Made by a program: the position numbers and the translations under genes. From positions 1-64,000 of the forward strand of contig CAVQFQ010000025.1 in NCBI GenBank assembly GCA_963711835.1: DNA of 64,000 nt, read 5' to 3'. Position 1 is the first letter of the stretch. The number at the start of each line of letters is the position of its first letter. This document shows positions 29,471 to 38,850 of this stretch, in pieces. The DNA is from an uncultured delta proteobacterium (GTDB lineage Bacteria > Desulfobacterota > RBG-13-43-22). The notes beneath the pieces are model-generated. The model was not told where the DNA came from and searched no databases. It saw only the letters and a list, made by a program, of their open reading frames with translations.

Positions 29471-30643
29471 TTATCGGGCTTCTTTTTTCCATTTTCGCTT
29501 GAGGCGGTCCCTTAAATTTCTGAGGGCCTCCAGGCCAATCAGTTCCTTTTCTTTAGAGGTAATCCAGAAGAGATAGCCCCCAATCCCCCCGACGATTAGA
29601 TTCGGCAGCCATAATCCGATAATCGGTTTCAGCAGTCCTTTTTCTCCCAGACTAAAAGCCAGTGAGAGAAAAAGATAATAAATAAAAAAAACGATTCCCC
29701 CCATAATAACGGCCCAGGACCTGCCGGCCAGACGGGATTGCAGACCTAAGGGAAAGGCGATCAGGCCGAAAACCAGACAGGAAAAGGGCAGGCTGAATTT
29801 TTTATAATACTCAATCTGGTAAACGGCATATTTTTTTTCTCCCGGCGAGGTACTTTGGATCTTTTGCCGCAGTTCATGAAGATACAACTCGGTCTCGGAT
29901 CTTTCCCGCTTGGCTTGGGCGGAAATCATTTGTTCCAAAGGCAGGGCCAAGTCATAGGTTTTAAAGTAAATGCTCTGGGCATTCTTGGATGACAGGGAGA
30001 CGTTGTAAATGTGCCCATTCTGCAGGCGCAGATTCAAGTTCCGTTCCCGGGCATCGGGGATCAGCCAGCCCTTTTTGGCCAGGATGGACTGGGGGACTTC
30101 TTTTTGGCGGTTGTCGTAGATAAAGACGTCTTCCATCAAACCATCCTGATTAACTTTTTGGACATAAAAGACCAGATCCTTAAATTCATCGTTGAAGACC
30201 CGCTCTTTTAAGGTGACCTTGGCCTGCACTACGGCCAGGTTAAAAATGAGATTTTTAAGGGAATACTCCCCCCAGGGTTGAGCCACCATGGCCATAAAGC
30301 TGGTGACCAGGTACCCGGCCAGACTCAGAAAAAAGACCGAGGGGAAGAGCTGGGAAAAACTGACCCCGGAGGCCTTCAGGGCCGTTACTTCATTGTCGCT
30401 GGATAGGCGCAGGAAGCCCAGGAGGATGGAAATAAAAAAGGTCATGGGGATGATATAGACAAAGAGGAAGGGCAGGGTGTAGCCCAATAAGCGGCCGATA
30501 TCCAGAAGTCCGACCCCCTTTTGGACGATCATTTCAATCAACTGCATCAGATTGCCGATCAGAAAGATCAGGGTAAAGACCAGCAGGGTAATCCCATAGG
30601 GAGTCAGGATCTCTTTCAGGATGTAACGGGTGATGATTTTCAT
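29471..30643 (-). CDS. lptF: LPS export ABC transporter permease LptF
   Basis: RYILKE, RLSSDNEVTALKASG, GLWLPN. Confidence 0.88.
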   Translation of the reverse strand: MKIITRYILKEILTPYGITLLVFTLIFLIGNLMQLIEMIVQKGVGLLDIGRLLGYTLPFLFVYIIPMTFFISILLGFLRLSSDNEVTALKASGVSFSQLFPSVFFLSLAGYLVTSFMAMVAQPWGEYSLKNLIFNLAVVQAKVTLKERVFNDEFKDLVFYVQKVNQDGLMEDVFIYDNRQKEVPQSILAKKGWLIPDARERNLNLRLQNGHIYNVSLSSKNAQSIYFKTYDLALPLEQMISAQAKRERSETELYLHELRQKIQSTSPGEKKYAVYQIEYYKKFSLPFSCLVFGLIAFPLGLQSRLAGRSWAVIMGGIVFFIYYLFLSLAFSLGEKGLLKPIIGLWLPNLIVGGIGGYLFWITSKEKELIGLEALRNLRDRLKRKWKKEAR

Positions 30644-32115
30644 AAGGGATTACTACAATAAACCACTTTGAATGTTTTTACTACCTGTTCCCGGCGGCAG
30701 ATTGTGAACTCGGAAACCGGCTCGACTCGCCGAAAGAGGCTTCGCGCCCTTTCCTGATCCTGGCGGCAGGTTTCCGGTGTACACAGGAGCAGGGCGCCGG
30801 TTTGCTGCAGCTCCGGGAGACTCACCCAGAGATTTCTTTGTGACTTGCCAAAACTGTAAGGGATCGGATGTTGAGGCGTATAAAAGGAAACCGCCCCGGC
30901 CAGTTGATAATCATCGGCCAGTAAGTAGACTTTTTCGGCCCCGGGAAAATAGACCCGGTAGTTTTTCCCGACCTCCTCCCCGACCCGGCCCCAGCCCCTC
31001 ATCTCCAAGGTCCGGTCGCCGACAGGACCTAGAGGCAAAAAAGGATAAAAGGCATGCACGGCGATCAAACCGATAGGGAACCAACTCGTTAAAAAGATAA
31101 GACCGCCGATCAAAAGGGATTTTCGGACCGGAAGTTCCGGGATTTTTTCTGCAAAATATCGGCCCGCCAGGACAGCTCCGAACGGCCAACCCACATCGGT
31201 CCAACTGGGATCGGTATATTTTCCTTTGAAGGCCGCCAGCCCAAAAAAAAGCAGCGGGACCAGGGTCAACAGGAATAGAAATGCGGGACCGTCCTTTTGG
31301 TTGAATTCTTTCAGACCCCGGCCCAGGCCCTTAATAAAAAAGATAAAAAGAACTGGCCCTAAGAGCAGCGGCTGGCCGAACCAGAATCCCAACCACTGGT
31401 TCCAGTCCTTACCGCCGCTGAGGCCTTTTTCCAATTGGGCCCTGAAGGAAATCCAGTCGTGGCCCATGTTCCAGTACAGGAAAGGTGAAAAAATCAGAAG
31501 TCCCAAGAGCAGGGCCAGATAGAGGTGAGGACTGCGCAGCCGGCCTCTTCTTTCCCGCCGGGAGATCAAAAAAATGAAACAGCCCAGGGGCAGGAGGACG
31601 GCCGTCACTTTGGATAAGAGGGCCAGTCCCCAGGCCAGCCCGGCCAGGTACCAGAACCGGGGATCCTTTTCCTGATAGCCCTTCCAGAAGAACCAGGCCG
31701 CTCCCAGATAGAAAAGGATCAGGACCGTATCAATAATAAAGATCATACTTCCCACCGTAAAGAGCGGAGTGGCCTCCAGGGCCAGAACAGACCAGAAGGC
31801 CGCCGGGGTTCCGAAGAGACGGCGGCCCAGTAAAAAAACAAAGGCAAAGGAAAGGAGGGTCAGGGACTGGGACCCGATTTCCATGGCCCACTGGTTGGTA
31901 CCCAGGAGGCTGGTGAAGAGGCGGATCACCCAGGCGATCATGGGCGGATGCTCGTAATAGCCCCAGGCTAAGAAACGGGACCAGACCCAATGGTCGGCTT
32001 CATCCGGGTGCAGATCCAGGGCTAGGCCCAGGGAGAGCCAGACCCCGAGGTGGAACAAGAGCAGCCCAAAAAAGGCCCGCTGATAAAAGAGGTCGCTTTT
32101 AGGTTCCATCTTCAT
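30640..32115 (-). CDS. GT-C (ArnT/PMT family) lipid-linked sugar transferase
   Basis: LHPDEADHWVWS..LAWGYYEHPPM, LALLSK, many TM helices. Confidence 0.85.
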   Translation of the reverse strand: MKMEPKSDLFYQRAFFGLLLFHLGVWLSLGLALDLHPDEADHWVWSRFLAWGYYEHPPMIAWVIRLFTSLLGTNQWAMEIGSQSLTLLSFAFVFLLGRRLFGTPAAFWSVLALEATPLFTVGSMIFIIDTVLILFYLGAAWFFWKGYQEKDPRFWYLAGLAWGLALLSKVTAVLLPLGCFIFLISRRERRGRLRSPHLYLALLLGLLIFSPFLYWNMGHDWISFRAQLEKGLSGGKDWNQWLGFWFGQPLLLGPVLFIFFIKGLGRGLKEFNQKDGPAFLFLLTLVPLLFFGLAAFKGKYTDPSWTDVGWPFGAVLAGRYFAEKIPELPVRKSLLIGGLIFLTSWFPIGLIAVHAFYPFLPLGPVGDRTLEMRGWGRVGEEVGKNYRVYFPGAEKVYLLADDYQLAGAVSFYTPQHPIPYSFGKSQRNLWVSLPELQQTGALLLCTPETCRQDQERARSLFRRVEPVSEFTICRREQVVKTFKVVYCSNPL

Positions 32116-32971
32116 CACCGATCCGGGCCGGGCCGGCCTGGGCTTGCAAGCTGCTGAGATGGGCCTCAATGGATCCCAAAGGGATAGAGGCCAGCAGCTT
32201 TTCAAATTTTTTAAGGGTATTGCCCAGGTGGACCCGCAACCAGGGGGCCTTCAGGGCTTTTACCTGCTTCGGAGACCGCTTCCAGAGATCCCAGGGATGG
32301 AAATAAAAGAGGTTGATTTTTCCCCGTTCGGTCAGGCGGCGGGCCAGGCTCTGGATGATGGGAAAAGGCCAGAGGTTGAAATAGAGGCCCCCGGAATAGG
32401 GCAGCCTCCTGGTTCCCAGGGGGAAGACGGAAACCGGCACCTCCAAAAGCCTTAGTTTTTTGCCCCCGATGACCGGATAAAAAGGTTCTAAGGGAGCGGA
32501 GGGAAGGCCGTAAAGAAAGGTCCGGATCGGGAAAAGAGAGGCATCATAAGCAAAGCCAAAGGCCTCGAGCACTTCTAGGACCCAGAGGTTGCCGGCATTC
32601 AGGGACCACGAGGGGGCCCGGAATCCTTTGGGGAGCAGCCCGGTGATTTTCTGGTAGGCCGTAACGGCCCGCTCCAATTCGATTTTAAAATGGTCCTGGT
32701 TTTTTTGATTTAAAAGATCGTGTTCATAGCCGTGCAGGGCCAGTTCCTGGCCCTGTTCCACAATCATCTCCCCCAGCCGGGGCTTCTTCTCCAGGAGCCG
32801 GCCCAGGACAAAGAAGGTGGCCTGAAGTCGATGTTCCCGGCAATAGTCAATAATCTTTCCGGTCCGGTCCAGGAGAGCGGCATGGTCTTCCCCGGCCTCC
32901 CAAAAGGAAAAATCAACCACCGGATAGTTGATGTGATACCAGTCCTCGATATCAAAGGTTAGAAGATTCAT
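32099..32971 (-). CDS. Polysaccharide deacetylase (PEP-CTERM-associated type)
   Basis: LTFDIEDWYH, LHGYEH, FRAPSWS, YDASLFP, YFHPWD. Confidence 0.87.
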   Translation of the reverse strand: MNLLTFDIEDWYHINYPVVDFSFWEAGEDHAALLDRTGKIIDYCREHRLQATFFVLGRLLEKKPRLGEMIVEQGQELALHGYEHDLLNQKNQDHFKIELERAVTAYQKITGLLPKGFRAPSWSLNAGNLWVLEVLEAFGFAYDASLFPIRTFLYGLPSAPLEPFYPVIGGKKLRLLEVPVSVFPLGTRRLPYSGGLYFNLWPFPIIQSLARRLTERGKINLFYFHPWDLWKRSPKQVKALKAPWLRVHLGNTLKKFEKLLASIPLGSIEAHLSSLQAQAGPARIGDEDGT

Positions 32972-33332
32972 GGCGAATAAGCTGTTGGGAGAGTTCCTGG
33001 ACCTGGTCGCGGAGCAGCACGATTTCCTGGGCCAGGATCCTTTTTTTGGACTTATAATCGGAAAGCTGGATGGAAACATGAATCAGGATGAAAAGGGTCA
33101 CCACATTCAGGAATAAAAAGAGGGCCGAAGGTCCGTATTCGATGCCCAGCCAATAGGCCACCTGGTCGATGATGGGGTGAAAGATGGAGAGGGTTAAGAA
33201 AATAGCCGCTATGCAGATCCATAGAAAGGAATATTCCTCAATCAGAAGCCGGCGGCGGACCAGGGAGATGACCCAGATCAATAAAAAAACGGACAGAAAG
33301 AAAGTGCTGACTTTTAAAATAAGAAAGTTCAT
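32952..33332 (-). CDS. DUF2304 family membrane protein
   Basis: VRRRLL.EEYSFLW, LGIEYGPSALF, LAQEI; directly downstream of a GT2 gene. Confidence 0.82.
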   Translation of the reverse strand: MNFLILKVSTFFLSVFLLIWVISLVRRRLLIEEYSFLWICIAAIFLTLSIFHPIIDQVAYWLGIEYGPSALFLFLNVVTLFILIHVSIQLSDYKSKKRILAQEIVLLRDQVQELSQQLIRHESSNL

Positions 33333-33335
33333 GGC

Positions 33336-34034
33336 TTACCTCCGGGACGGTTTTTTAAAGGAAAGGATCGAGACCAGGACGCGGACCATGTAATAGATAC
33401 TCCGCAAAGGGGTGATGGAGGAGGTCCCCCGGCTCCGGCTGCGCATCTGAACCGGGATTTCCCGGATGAGGCACCCTTTGCTTTTGAGGTAACTGATCGA
33501 TTCGGGTTCCGGATACTCCCCGAGATAGGTCTGGGCCAGAATGGCTACCGCCCTCCGGGAATAGGCTCTGAACCCTGAGGTGTTGTCGATGATGTTCTGG
33601 CCCATAACCAGGATGTTGACCCACTGAAAGAAACGGTTGCCCATCCGGCGCAACCAGGAACCCCGGTAACCGGTGGGTTGGAGGAAGCGGGAACCGATTA
33701 CCATGTCGGCCGGGCCTTCCCTGAGGGCTTGAAGTAAACGGGGGGCCTCCCGGGCCGGGTGCTGGTAATCCCCGTCGATCTGGATGCATTCGGCATAGTC
33801 CTTTTGAAAGGCATAGCGAAAACCGGTCTGCACCGCTGCCCCGATGCCCATATTATAGGGCAGGCTGAGGGTTTTTACGCCCAGCCCCTCGGCCCGAGCC
33901 GCCGTCCGATCGGTCGAACCGTCATTGACGACCAGGATATCGGCGGCCGGAAGATGCTCCCGGATATCCTGAATGACAGCGGTGATGTTGGCTTCCTCCT
34001 GAAAGGCCGGAACAATAATTAAGATCTTTTCCAT
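33336..34034 (-). CDS. GT2 polyprenyl-phosphate glycosyltransferase (DPM1/ArnC-like)
   Basis: IVPAFQEE, NDGSTD, GIGAAVQTG, DGDYQH, DNTSGFRAY, YPEPE. Confidence 0.88.
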   Translation of the reverse strand: MEKILIIVPAFQEEANITAVIQDIREHLPAADILVVNDGSTDRTAARAEGLGVKTLSLPYNMGIGAAVQTGFRYAFQKDYAECIQIDGDYQHPAREAPRLLQALREGPADMVIGSRFLQPTGYRGSWLRRMGNRFFQWVNILVMGQNIIDNTSGFRAYSRRAVAILAQTYLGEYPEPESISYLKSKGCLIREIPVQMRSRSRGTSSITPLRSIYYMVRVLVSILSFKKPSRR

Positions 34035-34045
34035 AAGGTGAGTTT

Positions 34046-34335
34046 GTCCTAAGGTTACGTGATTTTTTATGCTATCCATTCGTCGATGGCTTCAGGGGTC
34101 TTGATTTCAAGGTTGTCCGCCAAACCGCCGGTAGCAATGAACCCGGGCAGGAAGTTTCTAAGGGGTTGAGAAACAGGCCGACACCAAAGCGATTAATCGC
34201 TTTGGTGTCGGCCTGTCTCTCAACCACCATTAGAAACTTCGGGCCGGGTTCATGGTACCGGACACGTTTGGCGGACAATCCTTGAAATCAAGACCCCTGA
34301 AGCCCTTCGGTTTGAGAATCACGTAACTTTGGGAC
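34046..34335. repeat. ~290-bp near-perfect palindromic (fold-back) element
   Basis: Symmetric about 34194/34195 (ccgacaccaaagcgatt|aatcgctttggtgtcgg); arms include a perfect ggcttcaggggtcttgatttcaagg pair and ttacgtgatt ends. Confidence 0.9.
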
Positions 34336-34359
34336 TATCCCCATAATTAAGGTCGGTGA

Positions 34360-35415
34360 TCAAGCCAGGATCAATTGTTTTATCAGACGCCCCCCCAGCC
34401 ATTGCGTCACAGGCAGGGGTAAATGGGGCCAAATTTTTTCCGCCAGACGAAAGGTCAAGGAACCCTGGGCCTGCTGAACCGTAGGCAGGCTGCCTTCGGA
34501 CCGGCATAGGGGATACTGATAGGCCAGGGGCCTGGGCAGGGCCTTCCACTGGCTTTTAAAGGCGAAGGTTCCCGAGTTGGTCTGGCTGCGGCAAAAATCA
34601 AACGACCGGAACCCTTTTTCCCAGGCCCGGCGGATAGCGCTGTAATATAAAAGCTGGTTGGGGAAAAAGGCCTGGGATTGAATCAGGGCGGCCACATAAG
34701 GGGCGCTGAGGGTAGTCCCGTACTCAAAAAGAAGCATTCCCCCCAGGGGCTTTTCCCCCTGGTAGACCAGAAGCAGTCGGCAGCGGTCTTTAAAGACAGC
34801 CAGGATCCGCTGAAAATAGTTCAAGGGGTAAACCGGGAAAAAGAGCTCCTGCATCCTCCGGGAAAATACCCGGTAGAAGTCGCGCAGGAGCGCTTCCGAC
34901 CGGCCCTCGCGGATCTCCAGACCGGCAGCTATGGCTTTTCTGACCTGTCTCAGCCTGGGGGCAATCCGTTTTTCATAAAGGGCCCAGTCTTCGGGCAACT
35001 CCAGCAGCATCTGGGCATGTTCCTTATTGCAAACCGTTGCCGGGAGGGGTTGGTCTTCAAGTTGTCGCAACTCCACGAAACCGGCTCTCAGCTCCCGGGC
35101 CTTCTCAATCAGGCACTGGACCATGGCCTGACGGCATTCGGAATCGACAGCCCAGAGGCCGGCCCTGGTCATGTAGGGCAGGGAGATTAAAAAATTCCCC
35201 TTCCCGATCCAGGGGCTTTTCATAAAGACCAAAGGGCAGAGCCCTTGCACCCGGCCGCCGGTTTCCGCCAGGAGGTAGAAGGTCTTGAGTCTTAGGGCGG
35301 ACTCATAGACCTGGCGCCAGCCATAGAGAAGGGAGAAAGGCGCTTCGGGGAAAAAGCCCAGGGCCTCATCCCAGATTTCTTTCCCTTCATCCAACGGTAA
35401 CCAGCGAAAATCCAT
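34360..35415 (-). CDS. FemAB-like GNAT protein (PEP-CTERM-associated type)
   Basis: LISLPY, VELR, LRQVRKA, PNQLLYY, FDFCRS..SGTFAFKSQW. Confidence 0.85.
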   Translation of the reverse strand: MDFRWLPLDEGKEIWDEALGFFPEAPFSLLYGWRQVYESALRLKTFYLLAETGGRVQGLCPLVFMKSPWIGKGNFLISLPYMTRAGLWAVDSECRQAMVQCLIEKARELRAGFVELRQLEDQPLPATVCNKEHAQMLLELPEDWALYEKRIAPRLRQVRKAIAAGLEIREGRSEALLRDFYRVFSRRMQELFFPVYPLNYFQRILAVFKDRCRLLLVYQGEKPLGGMLLFEYGTTLSAPYVAALIQSQAFFPNQLLYYSAIRRAWEKGFRSFDFCRSQTNSGTFAFKSQWKALPRPLAYQYPLCRSEGSLPTVQQAQGSLTFRLAEKIWPHLPLPVTQWLGGRLIKQLILA

Positions 35416-35435
35416 TTATGAAAAATGACCGCCTT

Positions 35436-37163
35436 TCAAATGGTCCCATTATCCCTGAACTGGATTTCATACAGTCTTTTGTACTCGCCGTCCAGGGTTA
35501 GCAGGTCTTCATGACGGCCCTGTTCCACGATTCGGCCGCCGGCCAGGACAAGAATCCGGTCCACATTGCGAATGGTTGAAAAGCGATGGGCCACGATAAA
35601 GGTGGTCCTGCCCTGCATCAGATTTTCCAAGGCCCGCTGCACTTCGGCTTCGGAATCGGAGTCCAGCGAAGAGGTGGCCTCATCCAAGATCAAGATAGGG
35701 GCGTCTTTCAGCAGGGCCCGGGCGATGGCGATCCGCTGGCGTTCTCCGCCGGATAGGCGTACCCCCTGTTCTCCGATCAGGGTCTCCATTTTCTCCGGAA
35801 GCCGCCGAATGAAATCATAGGCATAGGCGGCCTGGGCGGCCTTGATAATCTCCGCTTCGGTTTTCTCCGGCGATCCGTAGCCGATATTATTGCGAACCGT
35901 GTCGTTAAAGAGGATGGTCTGCTGGGTGACTATCCCGATCTGCTTTCGTAACGAGACCAGGGTGATCTCCTTAATAGGCTGTCCATCTATTTCTATTTCC
36001 CCTTCGCTGACCTCGTAAAACCTGGGAATCAAATTGACCAGGGTGGTCTTCCCGCCCCCGCTGGTCCCGACCAGGGCTAAAATTTCTCCCACCTTAACGT
36101 CCAATGAAATGTCTTTGAGGACCCAATCCTGTCCGTAGCGGAAGGAAACTTGTTTTAAAACGATTCCCCGGCGGATGCCGCTGATCGGCCGGGCCCCCGG
36201 TTGATCCTGAATATCGGCCTTCAGGTCCATGACCTCGAAGACCCGGACCGCGGCGGCCAGGCCCTGTTGGATGGTATTATTGACCCCGCTCAGATGCTTG
36301 ATCGGTTCATACAACATCAGCAGGGCCGTTAGAAAGGAGAAAAAAGTCCCCGGAGTGGAATGGCCCCGGATCACATTAGTGCCTCCGTACCAGATGATAG
36401 CGGCAATCCCGAGACCTCCCAGAAATTCCATGATGGGTGAAGAGATGGCCTTGATGGAAACATCTTTCATGGTCAACTGGAAGAATTTGCGGTTGCGCTG
36501 TTTAAAGCGGTTGATTTCATGGACCTCGGTGCCGAAGGCCTTGACGATCCGGTTCCCGGACAAGGTCTCGTGGAGATGAATGGACATCTCGGCCATGGTT
36601 TTCTGACTCTGGGTACTGATTTTCCTCAACTTGCGCCCGAACTTTACAATAGGCAAAACGGCCAGGGGTAAGACCAGCAGGGCTAAAATAGACAATTGCC
36701 AGTCCCGGTAAATAATCACGGCCACCAGACCCAGGATGGTAAAGGCGTCTTTCAGTATCCCGGTTACGGCATTGGAGACCGCCCCCTGGATTAAATTGAC
36801 ATCATTGACGATCCGGGACATGAGCATCCCGGTGGGGGTCCGGTCAAAGTAAGACAGGGACAGTTTCTGGAGATGGGCATAAAGTTGTTCCCGGAGGTTG
36901 GCCACGATTTTCTGCCCCACAAAGCTCATCAGATAGGACTGGCCGTAGGCAAAGACGCCCTTGATGATATAAATCAGGATGATGAGAGGAGGCAGCAGGG
37001 ACAGGGTGGAGACTTTTTTCTGGAAAAAGATATCATCCAGGACCGGTTTGACCAGATAAGCCATCAGGGCGGTGACGGCCGCCACCACCAGCATACAGAC
37101 CATGGCGCCGGTCAATTTAAGCCAATAGGGTTTAACCAGGTGAAGAAGTCGCTGGGTGATCAT
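35436..37163 (-). CDS. msbA: Lipid A export ABC transporter
   Basis: TMD plus NBD: GTSGGGKTT, LSGGERQR, ILDEATSSLD; LPS context. Confidence 0.93.
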   Translation of the reverse strand: MITQRLLHLVKPYWLKLTGAMVCMLVVAAVTALMAYLVKPVLDDIFFQKKVSTLSLLPPLIILIYIIKGVFAYGQSYLMSFVGQKIVANLREQLYAHLQKLSLSYFDRTPTGMLMSRIVNDVNLIQGAVSNAVTGILKDAFTILGLVAVIIYRDWQLSILALLVLPLAVLPIVKFGRKLRKISTQSQKTMAEMSIHLHETLSGNRIVKAFGTEVHEINRFKQRNRKFFQLTMKDVSIKAISSPIMEFLGGLGIAAIIWYGGTNVIRGHSTPGTFFSFLTALLMLYEPIKHLSGVNNTIQQGLAAAVRVFEVMDLKADIQDQPGARPISGIRRGIVLKQVSFRYGQDWVLKDISLDVKVGEILALVGTSGGGKTTLVNLIPRFYEVSEGEIEIDGQPIKEITLVSLRKQIGIVTQQTILFNDTVRNNIGYGSPEKTEAEIIKAAQAAYAYDFIRRLPEKMETLIGEQGVRLSGGERQRIAIARALLKDAPILILDEATSSLDSDSEAEVQRALENLMQGRTTFIVAHRFSTIRNVDRILVLAGGRIVEQGRHEDLLTLDGEYKRLYEIQFRDNGTI

Positions 37164-37239
37164 AAGATTATATCACACGTTTTCTGGGAATTTAACTTTA
37201 ACTTTTCTAAAACACGAGATCATCCGCCTCTATACGGAC

Positions 37240-37317
37240 GATACTGGATACTGGATGCTGGAAAAAACCGATACTGGAGACTGGATCTATTTTATCCAGC
37301 ATCCAGTATCCAGTATC
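37240..37317. repeat. Inverted heptamer tandem repeats (GATACTG)n/(TCCAGTA)n
   Basis: gatactggatactggatgctgg..gatactggagactgg..tccagcatccagtatccagtatc. Confidence 0.82.
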
Positions 37318-37383
37318 ATTCTTGGAGGATCGGGATTAAGAACCCAATTTCAAATAGCTTTCTTTTAGGTTTAATAGATAACG

Positions 37384-38532
37384 TCAGTTGGTCATCTCTA
37401 GAACGATTTTTGCCACCCGGGCCGAGGCGCCCGGGCCCCCCAGGCTGTCCCGGACCCGGGCCAACTCCTCCCGGATCCGGCGGGTATAGTCCGGGTCTGT
37501 CAGAAACCGCTTGGATGCCTCGGCAATGGCCTCCGGTTGGGCCTGGTCTTGAATCAACTCCGGGATAATCTTCCGGCCGGCCACCCAGTTGACTAAACCG
37601 ATATAGGGGACCCGGATCAGGTGTCTGGCTATCCAGTAATTCAGAGGCGAAACCTTATAAACAATCAGGATTGGGACTCCTAAAATGGCGGCTTCCAGAG
37701 TAACGGTCCCTGAGGCCACGATGGCATGGTGACAGGCGGCCAGGGCCTTCCGGGAGTCCTCCTTCACCAGTTGAATCGGGAGTCCCTTCTTCAGATACGG
37801 ATCGATCATTTTCCGGATCGGACCTTCTTCCAGGGTTGCGGCCACCGGGAGGATAAAGGCGATGGCTCGGGCCATCTCCCGGGTTAGACGGGCGGCGCTT
37901 TCCAAGAGCACCGGCAAGATAGCCTTGACCTCGGCCGGGCGGCTCCCGGGCAATAAGCCGATCAAAGGTCGGTCCTGGGATGAGGGAGGAAGATCACCTT
38001 GACGGAGCAGGGTCGGCCCGAGCCCATCCAGCAGGGGATGACCCACAAAATCCACGTTGACCCCCCAGGGGGAATAGAATTCTTTTTCAAAGGGCAGGAT
38101 AACCGCCAGGCGATCCACATAGCGGGCAATGGTCTTTATCCGTCCCGGGCGCCAGGCCCAGACCTGGGGGCTGATATAGTACAGCACCGGGATGTGAAGC
38201 CGATGGGCTATCTTAGCCAGGCGGAGATTCAGGTCGGGATAATCAATCAGGATGATGAGGTCCGGCTTTCTCTTCTTTAAGGCTTCTTTGACCTTTTGGA
38301 AGGCTTTCCAGATATGGAAGATCTTTTTCAGGACCTCGGTAAAACCGACGATGTTAAGCGGAGGCGGATAAACCATTTCCAGGCCTGATCGTTCCAAATC
38401 CGGCCCTCCCAAGCCGAAGAAGGTGAAGGCCTCAGGGCCTTGTCGGAGGGCCTTAATCAAAGAAGCCCCATGGAGGTCTCCAGAGGCTTCTCCGGCGATG
38501 ATGCAAATAGTCTTGATAACCTTATCTCCCAA
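37384..38532 (-). CDS. lpxB: Lipid A disaccharide synthase
   Basis: AGEASGDLHG, IDYPDLN, YYISPQVWAWR, LPGSRPAE; likely TTG start at 38532. Confidence 0.95.
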   Translation of the reverse strand: MGDKVIKTICIIAGEASGDLHGASLIKALRQGPEAFTFFGLGGPDLERSGLEMVYPPPLNIVGFTEVLKKIFHIWKAFQKVKEALKKRKPDLIILIDYPDLNLRLAKIAHRLHIPVLYYISPQVWAWRPGRIKTIARYVDRLAVILPFEKEFYSPWGVNVDFVGHPLLDGLGPTLLRQGDLPPSSQDRPLIGLLPGSRPAEVKAILPVLLESAARLTREMARAIAFILPVAATLEEGPIRKMIDPYLKKGLPIQLVKEDSRKALAACHHAIVASGTVTLEAAILGVPILIVYKVSPLNYWIARHLIRVPYIGLVNWVAGRKIIPELIQDQAQPEAIAEASKRFLTDPDYTRRIREELARVRDSLGGPGASARVAKIVLEMTN

Positions 38533-38543
38533 ACCCGAACCAG

Positions 38544-38842
38544 TTATTAAGGGTCTCAAAATAATAGTGACCAACAGGGACCGGGGGTCTTCTTTTCTGG
38601 GTTGTCCACCTTCAAGCCCAAAGCTTCTTTGCCGGGCCAAATTCGGGATCTAATTCAGAGACAGGCCTACACTAATGCCCGAAACGGACTTGGGTGAATG
38701 CCCTGTATCTAAACCACTTAGCCGTTCGGGCCGGGATAGGGCGATGAGTTACCCTTTGGACAACCCCAGAAAAGAAGACCCCGGTCCCATCTATTGCAAG
38801 CTCCTCAATCTCATGTCAAGACTATAATGAGACCCTTAATAA
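38544..38842. repeat. ~299-bp palindromic/MITE-like element related to 34046-34335
   Basis: Terminal IR ttattaagggtctca/tgagacccttaataa; inner IR gggaccgggggtcttcttttctgggttgtcca/tggacaaccccagaaaagaagaccccggtccc. Confidence 0.88.
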
Positions 38843-38850
38843 AAGGCGAT

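Noticed and set aside
34072-34278. Small ORF inside the palindrome and the N-terminal extension of lpxB to 38640
   Set aside because: Both are translations of palindromic repeat sequence
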